Below, piece after piece: positions 11,428-22,261 of a DNA stretch of 27,326 nt. This DNA comes from Octopus sinensis (taxonomy: Eukaryota): contig NW_021833316.1 in the NCBI RefSeq assembly GCF_006345805.1, forward strand, positions 1 to 27,326, given 5' to 3'. The notes beneath the pieces are model-generated. The model ran no database searches. It was given only the letters and a program-made list of their open reading frames with translations, and was not told the DNA's origin. Position 1 is the first letter of the stretch; every line of letters begins with the position of its first letter. The position numbers and the translations under genes were made by a program.

Positions 11428-11806
11428 GTTATAGTAATATTACATTGTATTATATTATATGACGTATGTATAAACGGGGTCAGTACTTGGTAGCTCATTT
11501 CTACTTTGAAACCACAGCCAACAACAGGGCTAATAACACCATTATTGCCGCAGCGATAACCGTCAATACAGCAACAATAATAATAACAATGAAAACATCA
11601 ACTGCAACCGCAGAAATATGGCGAACGTTGACGCCATCTTAAAAATTATAGACACAGCACAGGAGACATAACAGCTTCCTGATTGGTCAATTAAGATCGA
11701 CAGTCCAATAAGTACCTGCGTAACCAGTGATGGAAGGAGAGTGAGGTGAGGGGCAGGTAGAAGAAATGAGAGAGAGGGAGAGTAGGGAGAGAGCAATATA
11801 AAGGGG

Positions 11807-11841
<35 letters not shown>

Positions 11842-12059
11842 AGAGGAGAGAGTGAGAGAGTAGGGCGGGATAGAGAAAGAGAGAGACTTGATGAAATGAT
11901 GCTCGTGGTGATGTGGTAAGGGTGATGTAAGAGGGATTTTTCTCTAATATGGCGGGCGAAAAATGATGGAGGAGTTAGAGTCGGTGGTAATGACGAGGGT
12001 GACGGGAGCAATTATTTTGAATGCCTTCGTAATAACTGCGGTGGTGATTGTCGAAGATT

Positions 12060-12955
12060 GTGATGGTGAAGGTTTATGATGACGTTGGGGGATGATGATG
12101 ATGATGACGATGATGATGATGAGGCCGAGGATGGTGATGATTATTATTATATTATTATTATGATTTTGTGGTGATGATGATGATGATGATGATGACGATG
12201 ATGATGATGAGGCCGAGGATGGTGATGATTATTATTATTATTATTATTATGATTTTGTGGTGATGATGATGATGATGATGATGACGATGATGGTGATGAT
12301 GTTGATGATGACGACCACGATGATGACAAATGAGGTAGACAACAACGATGACGACGACGATGATGATAAAGATGATGATTTAATGGTAGTGGTGGTGGTG
12401 GTGGTGGTGGTGACAGGATGATGATGTTACTATTGACGACAATGATGATCTCATCTAACGGCAATAACTGCGATGATGTCTTTGTCATTCTATGACGATC
12501 ACCACGGAGACGTCCACTTCGTGAAGACTTTAAGTGTAGTAGCGGTTGTGACAGCCAAGGTGCTAGTGGTTGTGGTATTGGTGGTGATAATGGCAGTGTT
12601 GTTGTTGTTGTTATCGATGGTGATGGTGATGGTGGTGTTGTTAACGATGGTGGTGGTGATGATGATGGCGGTGTTGTTGTGTTATCGATGGTGGTGTTGG
12701 TGGTATTGCTGGTAGCGATTATGATGGTGATGGTGGTGGTTGTAGTGGTGGTGGTGGTGGTGGTGGTGGTAGTGGTGGTGGTATTGGTGGTAGCGATTAT
12801 GATGGTGATTGTGGTGGTGGACACAGTGGTGGTGATGGTGGTTGTATTGGTGGTAGCGATTATGATGTAATGGCGGTGGTTTTAGTGGTAGTGGAAGTGG
12901 TGGTGGTGATGGTGGGTGGGGTGATGTTGGTGGTGGTGGTGGTGGTGGTGATTGT
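12060..12955. repeat. compound GAT/TAT/GGT/GTT array with higher-order duplications
   Basis: 88-89-bp duplication at 12091-12291; gtagcgattatgatg at 12712, 12790 and 12853. Confidence 0.95.
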
Positions 12956-13207
12956 TTGTTCGGAGGAAAGTATACGAGAAAATAGGTGAAGTGAAAACGG
13001 GTTAGACGAAAGAATATAAGGTGAAAGGAAAATGAATACACGAAGCAAACAAACGGACGCTCTTGTGTTCATGAAAGAGTGAATGTATATGTATAGGAAT
13101 TTTCATGAGTATATGTGTGTGTGTGGGTGGGTGTATGTTGGCTTTCCATGAAGTCAAATATGATACAGAGATTGATATTTTATCATAACATATATGTATA
13201 TATAATA

Positions 13208-13615
13208 TTTTGCTTGTTTCAGGGGCATTTGACTGCGGCCAGGATGAGGCGCCACTTTAAGGGGTTTTAGTCGAATAAACCGCTTCACGTCTTTTTTAAA
13301 GTCTGGTACTTGTTCAAGTATTCCTCTTTGCCGAACAGTTATGTTATGGGACGTAAACACACCAACACCACTTATCGGGTGTTAGTGGGGGACAAACACA
13401 ATCTAAACGACACACACATAGATATACACACTCACACACTCATATATGTAATATATATACGACGGGCTTCTTTCAGTTTCCCCTCTACCAACTCTACTCA
13501 CGCTGTTTTGGTCGGCCTGAGGCTATAGTTGAAGACACTTGAACAAAATGTCACGTATTGGGACTAAATTCGGTACCATGTGGTTGGAAAGCAAGCTTCA
13601 TACCACACCATGGAT
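13208..13615 (-). mobile_element. SINE family B, near-full length (tRNA-like head, CORE-like segment, internal microsatellite)
   Basis: Minus strand: tggtgtggt head, caagtgtcttcaactatagcc, gaaactgaaagaagcccgtcgta, TA/TG spacer, cggcaaagag, agtaccag, cgactaaaa, ggccgcagtcaaatg tail; 3' half matches 21056-21306. CORE assignment is recalled. Confidence 0.8.
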
Positions 13616-13834
13616 TCTCCTGTCCTTCTTGAGAGGTAAACAGCGAATATTTTAGATGTTAAACTTCACCTGAAAGTCAAACAACATACCCGAGACTTTC
13701 CCATTAGAGTTTCCCATCGTTCATCAGTATCTTCCCCGCAGACTAGAATCCATTCCAGCTCGGTAGGTAAATTTGTTGTTGGGTACCAAATCAGAAATTT
13801 CTCCCAATATATAAATCCATACATACCTAAGTAC

Positions 13835-14177
13835 GTTAACATAAAGCTAAAGAGGAGCAAAAATGGAAAATGCCTACGTTGTACAATTGAGGAGTCTACA
13901 GCTACTCTATCCAGATTATAAATTCAGAAATATAACTGTAATTATTAGGACACTGGGATATGTAACATATTACCTAAACAGCAGTCTTGAGAAATTAGGC
14001 TTCCCAAAACCAGAAAAGATAAAGCATATTCGAATATTACCGATCCAAACCATCACTGGAATTCTAAGAATCTGTAAATCTTTCCAGAAGTTTATCATTT
14101 AAATATATATGAGAATGTCTAGACATGCAGCTATAGGCATGAATATACATATACAAAGCAAAACATGCAAATGTGAA
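13835..14177 (+). mobile_element. 3' end of an R4/Dong-like RLE non-LTR retrotransposon
   Basis: VNIKLK, frameshift, then ENAY..LRSLQLLYPDYKFRNITVIIRTLGYVT..LEKLGF..QTITGILRICKSFQKFII* (stop 14100-14102); resembles the C-terminal RLE region (IPIIIGALG-type motif); short 3' UTR runs into (TACA)n. Confidence 0.7.
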
Positions 14178-14543
14178 CACATACATACATACATACATAC
14201 ATACATACATACATACATACATGCATACATACATACATATATACATACATAAATCATACATATTCTACTACATACATACATACATACATACATACATACA
14301 TACATAATTTTTACATACATACATACATACATGCATTACTACATACATATATACATACATGCATACATGCATACATACATACATACATGCATACATACAT
14401 ACATACATACATACATGCATACATACATACATATATACATACATAAATTACATACATACATACATACATGCATACATACATATATACATACAACATACAT
14501 ACATACATACATACATGCATACATACATACATATATACATACA

Positions 14544-14575
<32 letters not shown>

Positions 14576-14596
14576 CATACATGCATGCATGCATCA

Positions 14597-14630
<34 letters not shown>

Positions 14631-14668
14631 CATAACACTACATACATACATACATATATACATACACA

Positions 14669-14701
<33 letters not shown>

Positions 14702-15381
14702 CATACATACATACATACATACATACATACATACATACATACATACATACATACATACATACATACAATATATACAACACACATACATACATACATACAT
14801 ATATACATACAACACATACATACATACATACATGCATACATACATACATACATACATACATGCATACATACATACATATTATACATACATACATACATAC
14901 ATGCCATACATACATACATTACATTACATACATACACGCATAACATACATACATACATACATACATACATACATACATACATAATACATACATATATACA
15001 TACATACATGCATACATTACATACATACATACGATACATACATACATACATGCATACACATACATACATACATACATACATACATACATGCATACATACA
15101 TACATACATACATACATACATACATACATACATGCATACATACATACATACATACATACATCCATACATACATACATACATACATACATACATACATGCA
15201 TACATACATACATACATACATATATACATACATACATACATGCATACATACATACATACATATATACATACATACATACATGCATACATACATACATACA
15301 TACATACATACATACATACATACATACATACATACATACATACATGCATACATACATACATACATACATACATACATACAT

Positions 15382-15428
<47 letters not shown>
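14178..15428. repeat. ~1.25-kb (TACA)n array with TGCA/TATA variants, ending in (CA)n(TA)n
   Basis: Directly visible; source of all MYVC/HTYI ORFs. Confidence 0.98.
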
Positions 15429-15430
15429 CA

Positions 15431-15786
15431 TTATGGCTGCCCCCTCGTTATCGAGTATGGCCGTTGCACGAAGCTTAACTGTTATTGGTGCTGTGATCGA
15501 ATGTGACTTTTTAGCCCAGCTAAACATCTACAATGTCTTGTACAAAATTGGCAACTAAAACCTTTACTGGTAATAGCCGCTGTAGTTGTAACTGGGCTTC
15601 ATGTACCTTTGCATGTCGTTTAAGTCCTCCTGCCGAATTACATTCTCTTCCACATGCCCAACAGATATGATTAGTATGGTGTGTAACACCACCACCACCA
15701 GTGGCCAGGTTGTCACTCATCTGTCTCGCTTTATGACTACGAAGATGACTCTTGAGTCCAGCTTTACTGAGGCAGAGTCTTGCACA
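15431..15786 (-). mobile_element. 3' fragment of a LINE (probably RTE clade) with three C2H2-like fingers
   Basis: CARLCLSKAGLKSHLRSH, CWACGRECNSAGGLKRHAKVH, frameshift near 15595, CQFCTRHCRCLAGLKSHIRSQH, stop at 15484-15482; ~50-nt 3' UTR with CTCG-ataa-CGAG hairpin, then (TA)n. Confidence 0.65.
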
Positions 15787-15870
15787 TACATACATACATA
15801 CATACATACATACATACATACATACATACATACATACATAATACATACATACATACAAACAAACAAACAA
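15785..15870. repeat. (TACA)n then (CAAA)n
   Basis: Directly visible. Confidence 0.95.
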
Positions 15871-16649
15871 AAATACCCTATCGATGCTGTTGAAATTTCA
15901 GTGAAGTAATCTTGGATCAAGAGTACAAACCGTCTCTTTCTCTATTGGCAAGAAATCTTGAAATAAAACTGAATAATGACATACATACATACATGTGTGT
16001 GTGTGTGTGTGTGTGGTGTGTGTGTGTGTGTGCATGCCTATATGTGTATTTGTGTATGTGTAAGTGCTCTGTAGTTCTTTCTGCTATCTTTTCTCTGTTT
16101 GTCTCACTGGCTCTTCTTATTCGTTCCCAATTTCCATCCAGTCCTCTCCATCCTTTAGTTTCAACACTTCAGCCAATACCGCCATCATGCACACTGTGCC
16201 ATCTTCTCGTAAACTCCCGGCCTCAACCTCCCACTCTCTTTACTTAAAACTCGCCCTTCCCCACCGTTTTTCCTCTTCTACTTCCCTCCCTTCTCTCTTT
16301 CTCCCTCTCTCTCTCTCTCTCTCGCTCGCTCCCCCCTCTCTCTCTGTAGGCACAGTTCTTGTAGGCATATAGATTTAAATCATCACACGCCACTGTCACT
16401 AATGGCCAATCTGAAACCATTTGTCATTCTTCAACGTGACTCCCGTGACTTGGAACGCCAACGAGAGAGAGAGACAGACAGACAAACAGGCAGAGAAAGA
16501 GAGAGAGAAGGAGGAGGAAGGAGAGAAGGAAGACCCTAGCAAAAAGAGACAGAGAGAGAGAGTGACGTGGAGACGCGGGCGGAGTCGGTCTTCCTTCCAC
16601 GCACACATACACTCACTGCACGCCTTTACAATAATACCAACACACAAGC

Positions 16650-17140
16650 ATATATGTATGTGTGTTTGTATGTGTATGTGTGTGTGGGGGGTATGCATGT
16701 GTGTTTGTGTGCATGTATATATGATTATATATACGCATGTTATATATATATATATATATATGTGTATACATATACACACACACACACACACACACATACA
16801 CATATATATATATATATATATATATACGCATAAAATATGTACCCATATATGCATGTATATACATATATACACATATATATAGGTATGTACATATATGTAT
16901 ATATATATATATATATATACACACACTCTCATATATATTTATATATATATATATATATACATATATACATAATTATGCATGTATATACATATATACACAC
17001 ATATATATAGGTATGTACATATATGTATATATATGCATATATTTATATATTATTTATATACATATATATATTTATATCTATATATATATGTGTGTGTGTG
17101 GTGTGTGTGTGTGTGTGTGTGTGTGTCTGTCTGAGTGTGT
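16650..17140. repeat. TG/TA/CA block with a ~126-bp-period internal duplication
   Basis: tatgcatgtatatacatatatacacatatatat..aggtatgtacatatatgtatatatat at about 16848 and 16974. Confidence 0.85.
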
Positions 17141-17459
17141 GTATGGAACCAACGCCAGCCGCACGCGTCTAGCAGCCATCCAGAACCAGCGAATAAATCT
17201 CTCGTTTGTTGTTGTAGTTACTCTTCTCTTTCAGTTGTTCAATTATAGTTGATTTGTTCAACTTGTAACAAAATTTATTTCATTGTCCACACATTTAACC
17301 TCGCAACCCCTATTTTTACAACATTTCAAGCAAATTTTCTCATCTTTCATATTTATTTTTTTTAAATATCTTTTTTCCGTTTTTCCGTTCCCTTATCTCT
17401 TATTTTTATTTCTCACTCATCGTCTTTTACGTTTTTTTCTATCTTTCATTCATTCTTTC

Positions 17460-17576
17460 TTTCCTTCTTTCTTTCTTTCTGTCTGTCTTTCTTTCTTTCT
17501 TTCTGTTTTCCTTTCCTTTTCCTTTCTTTCTTTCTTTCTTTTTTTTCTTTCTTTCTTTCCTTCTTTCTTTCTTTCG

Positions 17577-17605
<29 letters not shown>
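17460..17605. repeat. (CTTT)n pyrimidine tract
   Basis: Directly visible. Confidence 0.95.
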
Positions 17606-17607
<2 letters not shown>

Positions 17608-18033
17608 GTATTAGCTTGATTTCTGTTTTTATTTATTTTTCTGTGAGTTTGTGTATGGGTTTTTTCTTCTTTTTTACTCTCTAGTCGTTTGTTTTTTTAT
17701 TTTATTTTTATTTCTTTCACTCATTATTTTACTCGAGGTTCACAGACATAGAGAGAAACAGACGGACAGACAGACAGACAGGCTGATAGATAGATACAGC
17801 GAAACATAGAGAGACGTAGTCACAGGCAGATCAACAGACAGAAAGGTAGATAGAAAGGAGGAGATATGAGGACATATAGGGACTGATCGAGAGATAAATA
17901 GGGACGGAGTGAGAGGGAAAGACAAAGAAAGATAGGGAGATTGTTTTTAGTCTATTAATATTGGGATATACCAATGTACTGTATATCAAGAATGCGGTGT
18001 TGTGATTGGCTGATATTGTCATATCTAACTCCC

Positions 18034-18055
18034 TATCTATCTATCTATCTATCTG

Positions 18056-18119
<64 letters not shown>

Positions 18120-18256
18120 CCTATCGACCTCATTATCTGTCTATCTGTCTGTCTATCTATAATCTACCTATCTATCTAACTATATGTCTGTATATATATT
18201 TATCTATCTGTTTGTCTATCTATCATCTACCTATCTACCTATCTGACTGTCTATCA

Positions 18257-18301
<45 letters not shown>

Positions 18302-18420
18302 CCTATGTGTCTGTTTATCTATCTATTTACCTATCAGTCTATCTGTCTATCTACTTATCTATCTATCTGTCTATCTATCTGCCTATCTATCTATCTGTCT
18401 GTCTATATGTATCTATCTAT
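18034..18420. repeat. (TATC)n/(TGTC)n array
   Basis: Directly visible. Confidence 0.95.
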
Positions 18421-18442
18421 GTTAGTGGCGACCCCAGTACTC

Positions 18443-18502
18443 AGGCTGTGCCTCTTCATGGCCGCAGTTTAATGACCGAAGGAAGCAAACGACAAAAGAT
18501 AA
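18443..18502 (+). mobile_element. SINE family B, 3' tail fragment
   Basis: catggccgcagtttaatgaccgaa...aaaagataaa matches the family B tail. Confidence 0.5.
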
Positions 18503-19624
18503 ACAGCAGTAATACCCTTAAATTTTTGTTGGCCCTTATTGCAATGTGAGGTTGGAGTTAATGATGCATTGTCGAAAAAGAAAACTGGATCTTATATTCA
18601 AGGTAAAATAGTGTGAATATGTAACTGTACACTGGTCGGAATTTCAGAAAAATAACGAACTTAGAAGGATACGATTGGGCACAGCCTTTTTAGCTCTGCA
18701 GTTATGACGCGGCGGATTGGACTGTGAGCCTTTGTTGGCAACAGCAATTTCTGGAGCTGGATGCAAACACGCACATTCAAAAATGCACACACACACACAC
18801 ACAACACACATACAAACACACGCAAACCCACACACGCGTGCACGTACACGCATGCTTACATAAAATATACATAGACCGATTGAAAATTTTAGTGAGAGAG
18901 AGAGAGAGCAATTAATTTATTAATTGAACATGATTGACATAAGCCTTTCCCTTCACCTCATACTCAGAGAGAAATATACTTATATACGTAGTTAAGGGGA
19001 GAGAGGGAAGGAGAGAGAGAGAAAGAGAGATAACGAAGCAAACATCAAAACGTCTAATGTCAAATAAGTCAGCGTTGAATCAGTGACGGCTAATCAGCTG
19101 CGCCAAAACGACCGTGCAAAGACGTCTCATAGCGTAACGTACTCGTCTAATAACCAAATGTAGAAAAATTGGTGATAAGTCGAAGCGATGCATTATGCTA
19201 ATATCACATTAGGTTTGGCCCAGTGTGAAGAACTGGAATAGCTTCAAATCTGCAAAGACGCCGTCTTTGATGAGGAATGAAAGAAAAACCACAACAAATC
19301 AAACAAAAATTCGATAAAATAAAGCCTCAAAGTTATCGGAACTTGTCAGCGCAAGAAAGAAATGGCTGCTTGAATAAGATACCGAGCTACTTGTTCATGG
19401 GTCTTCAGTTCAACTAGCTTGTTAGAACAGTTAAAAAGAATTTATAGAAAAAGGTCAGTAACTTCTGATCAACAATTGATGAATATTTTTAGGTCAACTA
19501 AAGTCAATCAATCAACTTTCTTTATCGCACGAATGTGTGGGTTGTAGAAATATTCAGCGGTTATTCATATTTTCATGTTATAAAAAATAAAAGGGTATCG
19601 CTACCAAGTAATATGTATGCGGTG

Positions 19625-19646
19625 TATAATTATATATATATATATA

Positions 19647-19690
<44 letters not shown>

Positions 19691-19727
19691 ATGTATGTAT
19701 TTTTATATACATATACATATATACATA

Positions 19728-19774
<47 letters not shown>

Positions 19775-19967
19775 CAGAAAGCGAGAGAGAGAGAGAGAAA
19801 GCTATATAGATGGATAGTTATATATACATACAACATACATACATATATGCATACATGCATACATACATGCATACATACATGCATACATACACGCATATGT
19901 ATATGTATAGACACAAGCACACACACACACACACACACGTATATGTATGTATGTATATATTATATAT

Positions 19968-20000
<33 letters not shown>

Positions 20001-20001
20001 G

Positions 20002-20036
<35 letters not shown>

Positions 20037-20064
20037 ATATATATAGATATTATATATATATATA
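19625..20064. repeat. TA/GA/TACA/CA microsatellite block
   Basis: Directly visible. Confidence 0.92.
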
Positions 20065-20168
20065 GCGGGTTAAGCAATAAATGTGAAACAAGGTGGAAAA
20101 AAAATAGTGTTCGAATACCAGATGTAGAGTAATATGCTTTATTAAAAGCAGCAGAAATATCACAAAAA

Positions 20169-20206
20169 CTGTTACTCAGGGTTTCCCGTTCTCGTTTATC
20201 GGACAC
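20169..20206 (-). ncRNA. decayed type-I hammerhead motif (CCGA core)
   Basis: gtgt CCGATAA ACG agaa CGG GAAA CCCTGAG TA acag: topology kept (stem I tgt/aca) but core and stems mutated. Confidence 0.5.
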
Positions 20207-20350
20207 AACGGGAATGTGAAATTCTGACAGTAAGTAACTTGATCTGAGATCGTGTGCTGAAACAAAAACAATTGCAGCGTGGAAGGTGTTTATAAGCCAT
20301 TTAAAAACACACAAGAACCGTTAAATTCTCTTCGATATTTAAATTTAATT

Positions 20351-20400
20351 TGTCAACAAAATGTTCTCGTCACTTTGAAACTGCAACCTGTTCACTGACA
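20351..20400 (-). ncRNA. candidate hammerhead variant with G3:C8-swapped core
   Basis: tgtca GTGAACA G GTTGC agtttcaaa GTGAC GAGA acattt tgt tgaca: 5-bp stem II with two G-U pairs, GAGA instead of GAAA. Confidence 0.35.
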
Positions 20401-20454
20401 AAGTTCCGTGCTGCATCACAGAATTTCCGTGATATATATATATATAAATACACA

Positions 20455-20960
20455 CAGGGTGCGTAAGGTATTTGAGGACATACATTTTTTTGTTTATTGA
20501 TGCATTTTTTGCAAATTCTCTATAATCTTTATTTCAGAAAACAATACTGGCAGATCCAGAGCTTACTCAAGAAATCAAGAGGTATGCTGTTATTGTGGTT
20601 ATAAAGGCTGTGCATAGCGATTTAGAAATATCTTGATTTTTAAAAGTTGCCAGGTCTTTCGTCTACAAAGTTTGTAAGGAGCTAGAGACTGATGATGGAA
20701 ACCTATCACCACTATCAAAGCATAAAATATATTCTAAGCGCTCTGGAATCATCAAAACACTTGAATTTATCCAGCAACTTCAACAGACCATTTATTACAA
20801 TCCTAGAAAGTCCATGAGGTCAATTGCAAAAGATGTGTCAGAAGGAACAGTCAGAAATGTTGTCTACGAAATCATCAGATATAAGTCTTATATGATGAGG
20901 AAAGATCAATTTGTCAGAAAAAGCAAAAGAAATTGACTACATCAGATCTAAAAGGCTAAC
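20455..20960 (+). mobile_element. 5' part of a mariner/maT (DD37D-like) transposon
   Basis: CAGGGTG terminus at 20455 followed by a transposase N-terminal remnant; no 3' TIR found. Confidence 0.7.
20547..20936 (+). pseudogene. maT/mariner transposase DNA-binding domain remnant
   Basis: ADPELTQEIKRYAVIVVIKAVHSDLEIS*FLKVARSFVYKVCKEL...KTLEFIQQLQQTIYYNPRKSMRSIAKDVSEGTVRNVVYEIIRYKSY; two HTH-like segments and one in-frame stop. Confidence 0.8.
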
Positions 20961-21055
20961 TGAAAAATTTTAATTTGAAGTAAATTAGAGTTTTGTGCTT
21001 TCTGGAAATTAATAAATGTTTCTCCAAAAAGAATTTGAAAACCTGGAATGCACTT

Positions 21056-21306
21056 TGTGTGTGTGTGTATGTGTATGTGTTTGTGTGTATGTGTATGTGT
21101 ATGTTTGTCCGTAACTACCACCGCTTCACGACTGATGTTGGTGTGTTTATGTCCCCGTAAATTGATGGTTCGGCAAAGGACACCGATAGAGTAACTACCA
21201 GGCTTTAAAATGAGAACAAAATATTTGGGTGTGAGTCATTCGACTAAAAATTCTTCAGGACTGTGTCCCAGCATGGCCACTGTCCATGAGGGAAACAATT
21301 AAAAGA
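21056..21306 (+). mobile_element. SINE family B, 3' half starting at its (TG)n spacer
   Basis: ggtgtgtttatgtcccc, ggttcggcaaag, ccgataga...taccagg, cgactaaaaa, cccagcatggcc; homologous to the reverse complement of 13208-13420. Confidence 0.8.
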
Positions 21307-21375
21307 TGAGAGATCAGTAGTTGTTATTGTTCATGTTGTTGTTGTTGTTGTTGTTGTTAGTGTTTATATATAAGA

Positions 21376-21587
21376 AAGCAGTGTAGCAAAATCGTTAACC
21401 CGTCGCACAAAGTGTCTGACAGTATTTCTTCAGACTTTCTGAATTCAAAATACTGCCGAGGTCAACTTCGCTTTTCAGTTTTACTAATTCCATAGTATAG
21501 TATAGAATAGTATAGTATAGTATAGTATATAATATGGGACCAGTTAAGCAATAAAGCCAATGTAATCGACTTAGCTTGAAAATTGCT
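21376..21587 (+). mobile_element. SINE family A, diverged and interrupted by (TAGTA)n
   Basis: tagcaaaatcgtt head, ttctgaattcaaa, gccgaggtcaact (21376-21478); pentamer tract 21493-21527; gtaatcgactta..gaaaattgct tail. Confidence 0.65.
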
Positions 21588-21589
21588 AA

Positions 21590-22050
21590 TCTTTTTCCTG
21601 CAACATCATGTTCGTGTACACACTTTTTTGTTATTACGGAGCCACAAAGTCGGTTAATATCATAATGCACTCTTTTACCTACATACGCATGCGCTTATAC
21701 TTTGGTTTATGTTAGCTCACAGAATTCGCTCAATAGATTGTTAACACTCTCGTCTCCTTCCCTGCAGATTCTGCGTTTGCTGTCTGACTGAGTTTTGTCA
21801 ATCTTTGCCTTTATCAGATTTTTCATATCGGTTGTTCCAGAACGGCTGCAATTACCAAATTGGTTCCTCATTTCAAGGTCCATCAGTCAGAATTGACGTT
21901 TTTTACCTCCAGCATCCTAGGAGGTAATTGGCCACGGAATTTCATTTCTTACTATCGGCTTGTTCTAATATTCATCTTTCTGCTCTAGAATTCCTTTGCT
22001 GTTCCAGCAACTTTAAGGATTTTCTAGTTGCAATTTTTCATAGAGGATTG
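21590..22050 (-). mobile_element. R4/Dong-like RLE LINE fragment (CCHC knuckle region), decayed
   Basis: With stops/shifts: LVIAA..NLIKAKIDKTQSDSKRRICREGDESVNNLLSEF..YKR..YVGKRVHYDINRLCG..TKKCVHEH; follows the recalled R4/Dong pattern IKAKIDKTQ..KCRLC..ETVNHIISEC..RRHD.VG..IHW. Confidence 0.7.
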
Positions 22051-22261
22051 GCAAAATCATCTAACAGAAGTTTTGCTATTTGTTATATTTCGTTTAATAT
22101 TTGAGCTAAAAAAAAAACCAAAGTTAGCTTTGCTTTTTATCATCCCAAGTCGACAAATTCAAGTTGCAGGTAAACAATGTGACCGGTGTATCCAACCGGT
22201 TCTTTTCAGCCTCCTTAAAATTACTGGCTTACGACACTAAGTCAACCTTATCTTTTCATAC

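Larger units (their letters stand above)
20065..20431 (-). mobile_element. PLE-like repeat flanked by (TA)n on both sides, with hammerhead-like motifs
   Basis: Motifs at 20169-20206 (-), 20207-20230 (+, partial) and 20351-20400 (-). Confidence 0.6.

Noticed and set aside
11563-11637. Signal-peptide-like MASTFAIFLRLQLMFSLLLLLLLY with good Kozak context (minus)
   Set aside because: Ends in a stop with no splice donor; hydrophobicity comes from TTA/TTG repeats.
12147-13072. Poly-T/P/H/V ORFs, and similar ones at 22340-22923 and 25270-27141
   Set aside because: Trinucleotide-array translations with no domain, splice or codon support.
13666-13860. Minus ORF ...GEDTDERWETLMGK...
   Set aside because: No recognisable motif; could not be tied to the adjacent plus-strand LINE.
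14099-15558. Many long ORFs (MYVC/HTYI repeats, up to 257 aa)
   Set aside because: Translations of (TACA)n, which has no stop codons in most frames.
18644-18853. Possible minus-strand exon after tttgcatccag
   Set aside because: No convincing donor or homology; 5' part is (TG)n.
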